From the NCBI GenBank assembly GCA_963667175.2, contig CAXXXF010000014.1:160001-224000 (forward strand): 64,000 nt of DNA, given 5' to 3'. The translations under genes were made by a program, and so were the position numbers. The stretch comes from Candidatus Latescibacterota bacterium. Lineage in GTDB: Bacteria; Latescibacterota; UBA2968; GCA-2709665. Numbering within the stretch: the first letter of the stretch is position 1; every line of letters starts with the position of its first letter. This document shows, one piece after another, positions 56,273 through 64,000 of the stretch. The notes under the pieces are model-generated. The model did not search any database. It was not told the DNA's origin and saw nothing but the letters and a program-made list of their open reading frames with translations.

Positions 56273-56511
56273 GGGCAACCACAAGGGTTGCCCCTACAAA
56301 AACACAGGTGGCGCGTCGAGGGCAGGACCTGCCTGCCGAGCAGGTCTCGGCCTGTCTGCCGCTCCAACGGGACAGGCGGGCGCAGGCAGGTGCCCTCGCT
56401 CCGGGGAGAGCGGGAGACGCAAGCGTTGCCCCTACAGATTCACGTGCGGCGCGAAATGGCCTGCGGCTTCACGGGATTTGCTACAGCGCACAAACTGACA
56501 GTTTGTGCTAC
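56273..56511 (-). repeat. Cluster of GTAG-type REP elements (56273-56297, 56412-56435, 56488-56511)
   Basis: Reverse complements GTAG-GGGCAACCCTTGTGGTTGCCC, GTAG-GGGCAACGCTTGCGTCTCCC, GTAG-CACAAACTGTCAGTTTGTGC: a GTAG foot plus a hairpin. Confidence 0.75.
56310..56402. repeat. 93-bp nested-palindrome repeat, copy 2
   Basis: Direct repeat of 55145-55237. Confidence 0.92.
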
Positions 56512-56671
56512 GACAGCGATTTTCGGTCGGACCGACAATATTCATGTCCAGCCCTTGCCGCAATCTAGAATCAACGGGTTTCCCGTACAGAAAAACATCG
56601 GCGGAAGCCATGTTCGCTTCCGCCGATGAAGATTCAGTTCGATTAACGTCCGTCTGTCCGCCCGGTCCCGA

Positions 56672-57421
56672 TTATCCCGCCGCGAGTTGACCCTCCACTT
56701 CCGGTATCTCGACCTCCATCAGCGGCGCGTGCATTCCGCATTCCGTTTTGGACATGCCCGCCCAGCGGCCCGCGCGTTCGTCGGCGCCGGGCGCTGCCGG
56801 CTGCGTGCACGGCCAGCAGCCTATGCTGGAATAACCCTGGTCCGTGAGCGAATTGTACGGCAGACCGTTTTCAACGATGTAGTCCCAGACCTGCTTTCGC
56901 GTCCAGGCCGCAAGCGGATTCACCTTGGCGACGGCCCGTCCCCCGCTGGTCCGGTAGGCTTCCACGACGCGTACGCCCGCGCGGGATCCGGATTGATCTC
57001 TCCTGAGACCTGCGATCCAGCCGTTCAGGCCTGCCAGTTTCCGCTGCAGCGGTTCCACCTTGCGCATCGCGCAACAGCGGTCCGGATCCCTGTTGTAAAG
57101 ATCGGGGCCGCAGGCGCGGTCCTGTTCGGACACGCTCAGGCGGGGGCGCAGCGACTCGATTCGGATATTGTAACGCGCCTCGATGCGCTCTTTCAGCGCC
57201 AGCGTTTCAGCGAACAGATATCCGGTGTCGATGGTAAAAACAGGCAGTTTCGGGACCACCCTTTGCGCCATATCAAGAAGTGCGACCCCACTGGGCCCGA
57301 ATGCCGTGCTCATCGCGACGGCGGGACCCAGGTTCCACCAGGCCCACTCCAGGACTTCCTCCGGTTGCGCGCCCTCCAATGCGTCGGCGAACCTGTCGAC
57401 GTCCTGCTGGTCGATACTCAT
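56672..57421 (-). CDS. cysH: APS/PAPS reductase (4Fe-4S type)
   Basis: IDTGYLF, CCAMRKVEPL, GLRRDQS, KVNPLAAW, SIGCWPCT, RAGRW, ECGMH. Confidence 0.93.
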   Translation of the reverse strand: MSIDQQDVDRFADALEGAQPEEVLEWAWWNLGPAVAMSTAFGPSGVALLDMAQRVVPKLPVFTIDTGYLFAETLALKERIEARYNIRIESLRPRLSVSEQDRACGPDLYNRDPDRCCAMRKVEPLQRKLAGLNGWIAGLRRDQSGSRAGVRVVEAYRTSGGRAVAKVNPLAAWTRKQVWDYIVENGLPYNSLTDQGYSSIGCWPCTQPAAPGADERAGRWAGMSKTECGMHAPLMEVEIPEVEGQLAAG

Positions 57422-57464
57422 GCAAGTCCTCTGCTGCAGATCCTCTTCCAGCAATATTTATTAC

Positions 57465-57513
57465 ATTGTCAATCAAGTTAGTCAAGAATAATGAAAACAT
57501 CTCGCTCTGTCAA
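57465..57513 (-). promoter_or_regulatory. cysH promoter with an overlapping Rrf2-type operator
   Basis: TTGACA(57513-57508)-17 bp-TATTCT; 25-bp ATTCTTGACTAACTTGATTGACAAT resembles the IscR-type box. Confidence 0.7.
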
Positions 57514-57688
57514 GTCATAAATTCAACGATTCATTCGTCCGGAGCGCCGGATTTCGGGAAGAAGACGGTCCGAACCGGCGCGATCGAAGATTGGAATCGC
57601 CTTGACTTTTGAATTACGATATGATAACTTGTAAGACTGAATATTGCTGGCGTTTCGCGAAATCGTGGAACCTTCCGAAACAGGAAAC

Positions 57689-57721
57689 AAAAAAGCCCGA
57701 TCGGTTGCGATCCGGGCCTTT
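57689..57721 (-). terminator. Terminator downstream of tRNA-Lys (possibly bidirectional)
   Basis: gcccg(g)atcg/cgatcgggc stem with a T-tract on the minus strand and TTT on the plus strand. Confidence 0.7.
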
Positions 57722-57755
57722 ATAATAGCAAGTAGTTTATTTTAAGTTAGTTAAA

Positions 57756-57827
57756 TGAGCCCGGAAGGATTTGAACCTTCGACCAACGGCTTAAAAGGCC
57801 GCTGCTCTACCCCTGAGCTACGGGCCC
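57756..57827 (-). tRNA. tRNA-Lys (anticodon UUU), CCA not encoded
   Basis: GGGCCCGTAGCTCAGGGGTAGAGCAGCGGCC-TTTTAA-GCCGTTGGTCGAAGGTTCAAATCCTTCCGGGCTCA cloverleaf. Confidence 0.96.
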
Positions 57828-57881
57828 ATTCCGCATCCGGACCACGCTCCAAAAACCGCCGCGCGATCGGGCAAAGTGATG

Positions 57882-57910
57882 AATATAGACAAGCCGTTCT
57901 CCCCTGTCAA
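57882..57910 (-). promoter_or_regulatory. tRNA-Lys promoter
   Basis: Minus strand TTGACA-17 bp-TATATT. Confidence 0.75.
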
Positions 57911-57927
57911 GAAAAAGGGTTTCGGTA

Positions 57928-59163
57928 ATGATGCGCAGGCGACGCAAGCGCCGCGTGCTGAAGTGGATTCTGTGGATCGTGGGCGTGCTGGCGGCTGTAA
58001 TTCTTACGCTCTCGCTTGTTGAAATAGACGACGTGGTCATGGCCCAGGGCATCGTGGAGCCCGGGAAGAAGATCTATGTGGACTCTCCGCTCAAGCGGGT
58101 CATCGAAGCCATCCATTGCGAGGCCGGATCGCACGTAAAGGCCGGTCAGCCGGTGGTCCAGCTCTACAACGGCGACCTCCTGTCCGCGGTCGAAGCGGCC
58201 GGGAAGGAGGTCCAGCGCAGTGAGGCCAATCTGGAACACGCGCGGGCGAACCTGGCGCTCCTGGAGGAAAAACCGACCGCGGAAGCGCTGAAAATTGCGG
58301 AATCCCGGGTCGAGCAGGCACAGATTGCGCTGAAAGCCAGGAAGCAGGAACTGCAACGCGCCGAACACCTCTACCTGGGCGAGCGCCTCTGGAGCGTCGA
58401 GGAACTCGAACGCGCGAAAACCAACCATCAACTCGCGGAAACCAATCTCAAAGTCGCAACCGAGGTCCTCAGCCTCACCCGGCGCGGCGCGTCGCCTTCC
58501 GAACTGCGACAGGCGGCGGCCGAAGTCCGCCAGGCCGACGCGGCGCTCGCGAAAGCCCGCAGCAGCCTCAATGGCGCCCGCGAGAGCCTCGAGCTGACCA
58601 CCATGAGGTCGCCCGTTGACGGTGTTGTGGCCAGGCGGGACCTGCATCCGGGCATGCTGGCCGAACAGGGGCAGATCGTACTCATCATCGCCGGCGAAGG
58701 CGGGGACGACACGATCGACGCCTGGGTTCCCGAAACCAACGCCTGGAAGATCCGCCTCGGACACCCCGTGGAAATCCTCAGCAATCTCTTCACCGACCGC
58801 GAAGAATTCATCGGCGCCGGCGAAATCTCCAGGTTCTACGGATACGCGGTCCACGGCGGCGGCGTCCGCACGTTCGAGTTGGAAATCCGCATTCTCGAAA
58901 CCCCGCTACCACTCAAATACGGCTCCACGGCGGACCTGCGCATTATTGTGGGCAGGCGAAGCATCCTCAAGACCCTCCTCAATATTGAAGACCGAAACGT
59001 GGTCCGGGCCAGTCGCGAGGAATCCCAGAATCCAGGCGGACGAGGCGAAGCACAACCCGTCTCGCCCCGCCAAACCGCGTCAGACACGGTGATCACGGCG
59101 TCATCCGGAAGCGCCACGACGGCCGATAAGGGCCAGGGAACCGCAACGGGACGGAACCCATGA
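57928..59163 (+). CDS. HlyD family secretion/efflux adaptor
   Basis: N-terminal TM anchor, AQGIVEP, long coiled coil, RSPVDGVV, LKYGSTADLRIIVG. Confidence 0.85.
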   Translation: MMRRRRKRRVLKWILWIVGVLAAVILTLSLVEIDDVVMAQGIVEPGKKIYVDSPLKRVIEAIHCEAGSHVKAGQPVVQLYNGDLLSAVEAAGKEVQRSEANLEHARANLALLEEKPTAEALKIAESRVEQAQIALKARKQELQRAEHLYLGERLWSVEELERAKTNHQLAETNLKVATEVLSLTRRGASPSELRQAAAEVRQADAALAKARSSLNGARESLELTTMRSPVDGVVARRDLHPGMLAEQGQIVLIIAGEGGDDTIDAWVPETNAWKIRLGHPVEILSNLFTDREEFIGAGEISRFYGYAVHGGGVRTFELEIRILETPLPLKYGSTADLRIIVGRRSILKTLLNIEDRNVVRASREESQNPGGRGEAQPVSPRQTASDTVITASSGSATTADKGQGTATGRNP

Positions 59164-59184
59164 CATTAAAAGACGAGGGAAATC

Positions 59185-61839
<2,655 letters not shown>

Positions 61840-61868
61840 CCGGGACCGCCGCCCGGGGTTTTGCATCC

Positions 61869-62636
61869 ATGCCAAGAATCATTGCCATTGCCAACCAGAA
61901 AGGCGGCGTCGGAAAGACCACAACCGCGGTCAACCTGTCCGCCTGCCTGGCGGCCGCGGAACAGAAGACGCTGCTCGTCGACCTGGATCCGCAGTCCAAT
62001 GCCACCAGCAGCTTTGGCGTGTCCGTGGCGAGTGAGGAACCCTGCATCTACGAGGTACTCGTCCAGGAGGTTCCGCTTTCCGACGTCACCCGGGAAACCG
62101 AGATTCCCTTCCTGAACGTGGCCCCGTCGCATGTGCGTCTCACCGGCGCCGAAGTCGAAATGGTCAACCTCGGCGCCCGGGAACACCGTCTCAGGGTCGC
62201 GCTGGAAGGCGCCGGCGAAAACTACGATTTCCTGTTGATCGACTGTCCGCCCTCCCTGGGCCTGCTGACCCTCAATGCGCTCACCGCTGCCGGCTCCGTC
62301 CTCATTCCCATTCAGTGCGAATACTATGCGCTGGAGGGCGTCGGCAAGCTGTTGAATACGCTGCAGCTGGTCCAGCGCCAACTGAATCCGCCGCTCAGTA
62401 TCGAGGGCGTGCTGCTCACGATGTTCGATACGCGGCTGAATCTCTCCCGGCAGGTTGTGGACGAGGCCCGCCACCACTTCGGAACGCGGGTCTATAACAC
62501 GATCATCGGCAGAAACGTCAAACTCGGCGAGGCGCCGAGTTTCGGCAAGCCCATCATCCTTTACGATATTATGTCTCAAGGGGCGCGGAATTACATGAGC
62601 CTGGCCGGGGAGGTCATCAGTCATGGCAAAGCGTAA
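61869..62636 (+). CDS. parA: Chromosome partitioning ATPase ParA/Soj
   Basis: ANQKGGVGKTTT, DLDPQ, DCPPSLG, QCEYYALEG, EAPSFG. Confidence 0.95.
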   Translation: MPRIIAIANQKGGVGKTTTAVNLSACLAAAEQKTLLVDLDPQSNATSSFGVSVASEEPCIYEVLVQEVPLSDVTRETEIPFLNVAPSHVRLTGAEVEMVNLGAREHRLRVALEGAGENYDFLLIDCPPSLGLLTLNALTAAGSVLIPIQCEYYALEGVGKLLNTLQLVQRQLNPPLSIEGVLLTMFDTRLNLSRQVVDEARHHFGTRVYNTIIGRNVKLGEAPSFGKPIILYDIMSQGARNYMSLAGEVISHGKA

Positions 62637-63528
62637 CGCCCTGGGCAGAGGCCTGGGCGCGCTGATCCCCGGCGCCGATGAACCCGCGCCGGAACAGACA
62701 GCCGGTTCATCGGATACGGGCGACCTCCATCCGGGCGCGCGGGTGCTTGAGATCGATCTCGGAGATCTCGAGCCGAACACGCACCAGCCCCGGACCGAAT
62801 TCGATCCGGATGCCGTACAGGAACTGGCCGATTCGATCCGGGAAAAAGGGGTCATCCAGCCCGTCGTCGCCCGGCGCTGCGGGTCGAGATACCAGCTCAT
62901 CGCGGGCGAGCGTCGGCTCCGCGCCGCGAAGAAGGCCGGCCTGGCGACCGTCCCCGCCATCCTGCTGGAGGTGGGGTCCGATCAGGAAATGATGGAAATC
63001 TCCCTGATTGAGAACGTGCAGCGGGAGGACCTGAATCCGATAGAAGAAGCCAGAGCTTTCAGGGCGCTGATGGAGACCTGTTTCCTGACTCAGGAAGAGG
63101 TGGCGCGGAAAGTCGGCAAGAACCGATCCACGGTGACCAATACGCTGCGCCTTCTCCACCTGTCCGAGGAAGTCAGAAACGCCCTGAAGGACAATCAGAT
63201 TTCCATGGGCCACGCCCGTGCGCTCCTGGGCCTGGCCGACGATCGTCTCCAGGTGAATCTCTGCAGGAAAATCGTCGCCGACGGCCTTTCCGTAAGGCAG
63301 GTTGAAACCCTTGTCAAAGCCGGAAGAACAGGTCGCCGGAAACCGCCCGGGGCCGGTCCCGCGAGGAAGGACCCCCAGACGCTTTCGCTGGAAGAAGACC
63401 TTCAGCGTCGTTTCGGTACGGGGGTGAACATCAACCGCCGGGGAAAGAAGGGAAGAATCGAAATCGAGTTCTACACCGACGACGATCTGGAACGCATCCT
63501 GGACCTCCTCCGGGAAACTTCCTACTGA
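62623..63528 (+). CDS. parB: Chromosome partitioning protein ParB/Spo0J
   Basis: LGRGLGALI, QPRTEF, AGERRLRA, ENVQREDLNPIEEA, GHARALL. Confidence 0.96.
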   Translation: MAKRNALGRGLGALIPGADEPAPEQTAGSSDTGDLHPGARVLEIDLGDLEPNTHQPRTEFDPDAVQELADSIREKGVIQPVVARRCGSRYQLIAGERRLRAAKKAGLATVPAILLEVGSDQEMMEISLIENVQREDLNPIEEARAFRALMETCFLTQEEVARKVGKNRSTVTNTLRLLHLSEEVRNALKDNQISMGHARALLGLADDRLQVNLCRKIVADGLSVRQVETLVKAGRTGRRKPPGAGPARKDPQTLSLEEDLQRRFGTGVNINRRGKKGRIEIEFYTDDDLERILDLLRETSY

Positions 63529-63629
63529 CGGACGAACCCCACCGGAGAATTGGCCCCGGGGGCACGGCGCGCCGTGCCCCTGTCTGATTATCCCGTTTCC
63601 ATGGTCAACACGAGGAGCTCGCGGCAACA

Positions 63630-64000
63630 ATGCTCGGAAATTTCCTGGAAAAATTCAAACAGGGTCTCTCGAAGACCCGGGAAGGGCTGTCAGGGAAAAT
63701 CACCGAGGTTCTGCGCCGTAGCCCGACACTGGACGAAGAAACCCTTGAGGAGATCGAAGAAATCCTCATCCGGTCAGACGTGGGTGTGAACGCCACGCTG
63801 CGGATCATCGACCGTCTTCGCGAGCGCCTGCGGGAGGGACCGGCGCCGGAAGGGACGGAAGACTGGGTCCGTGACCGGCTCGAAGCCGAACTGTTGGAAA
63901 TCCTCCGGAACGCGCAACCCCCTTCCCCGGCGCTCACCCGGGCCAGGCCGCACGTCATCCTGGTGGCCGGCGTCAACGGATCGGGAAAGACGACCACGAT
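63630..64000 (+). CDS. ftsY: Signal recognition particle receptor FtsY, 5' part
   Basis: Manual translation MLGNFLEKFKQGLSKTR..., EEILIRSDVG, LVAGVNGSGKTT; runs off the window end. Confidence 0.93.
   Translation, partial: MLGNFLEKFKQGLSKTREGLSGKITEVLRRSPTLDEETLEEIEEILIRSDVGVNATLRIIDRLRERLREGPAPEGTEDWVRDRLEAELLEILRNAQPPSPALTRARPHVILVAGVNGSGKTTT

Noticed and set aside
55145-56511. Repeats as a CRISPR array
   Set aside because: There are only two long copies plus heterogeneous hairpins, with no regular repeat-spacer period and no cas genes.
57600-57830. tRNA-Lys as a prophage or island attachment site
   Set aside because: No integrase and no duplicated tRNA 3' end were seen in the window.
61840-63630. 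parS site or replication origin near parAB
   Set aside because: No TGTTTCACGTGAAACA-like palindrome or DnaA-box cluster was noticed by eye.

Overview
High-GC (roughly 60-65% by eye) bacterial chromosomal segment, mostly housekeeping and metabolic genes: rarA (partial), ggt, Mrp/ApbC, an RND efflux set, hflX, dut, ispH, an M16 peptidase pair, a lysine-riboswitch-led dapA-pckG-dapB cluster, purD/purE, a UMP kinase, oxidoreductases, FKBP, rpsT, a cysteine cluster (cysH ... cysM-mec-cysO-Rrf2-cysK), tRNA-Lys(UUU), ppdK, parA/parB and ftsY (partial). Gene style suggests an FCB-group uncultured lineage (inference only). Two accessory patches stand out. (1) 15.3-16.9 kb: a BrnT toxin coupled to an ORF whose N-terminus is a BrnA-type antitoxin peptide fused to a sacsin-like GHKL ATPase, broken by a stop codon and an IS-like end. 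(2) 54.0-56.6 kb, inside the cysteine cluster: two toxin-less HigA antitoxins, REP elements, and a complete expression unit encoding a SLATT-like two-TM protein plus a 59-aa peptide with 15 consecutive prolines (missed by the ORF track), bracketed by 93-bp direct repeats. Several families of small non-autonomous repeats, some nested, occur in intergenic spaces. No CRISPR array, prophage, rRNA or intact transposase was seen. All family assignments come from motif recognition, not database searches.
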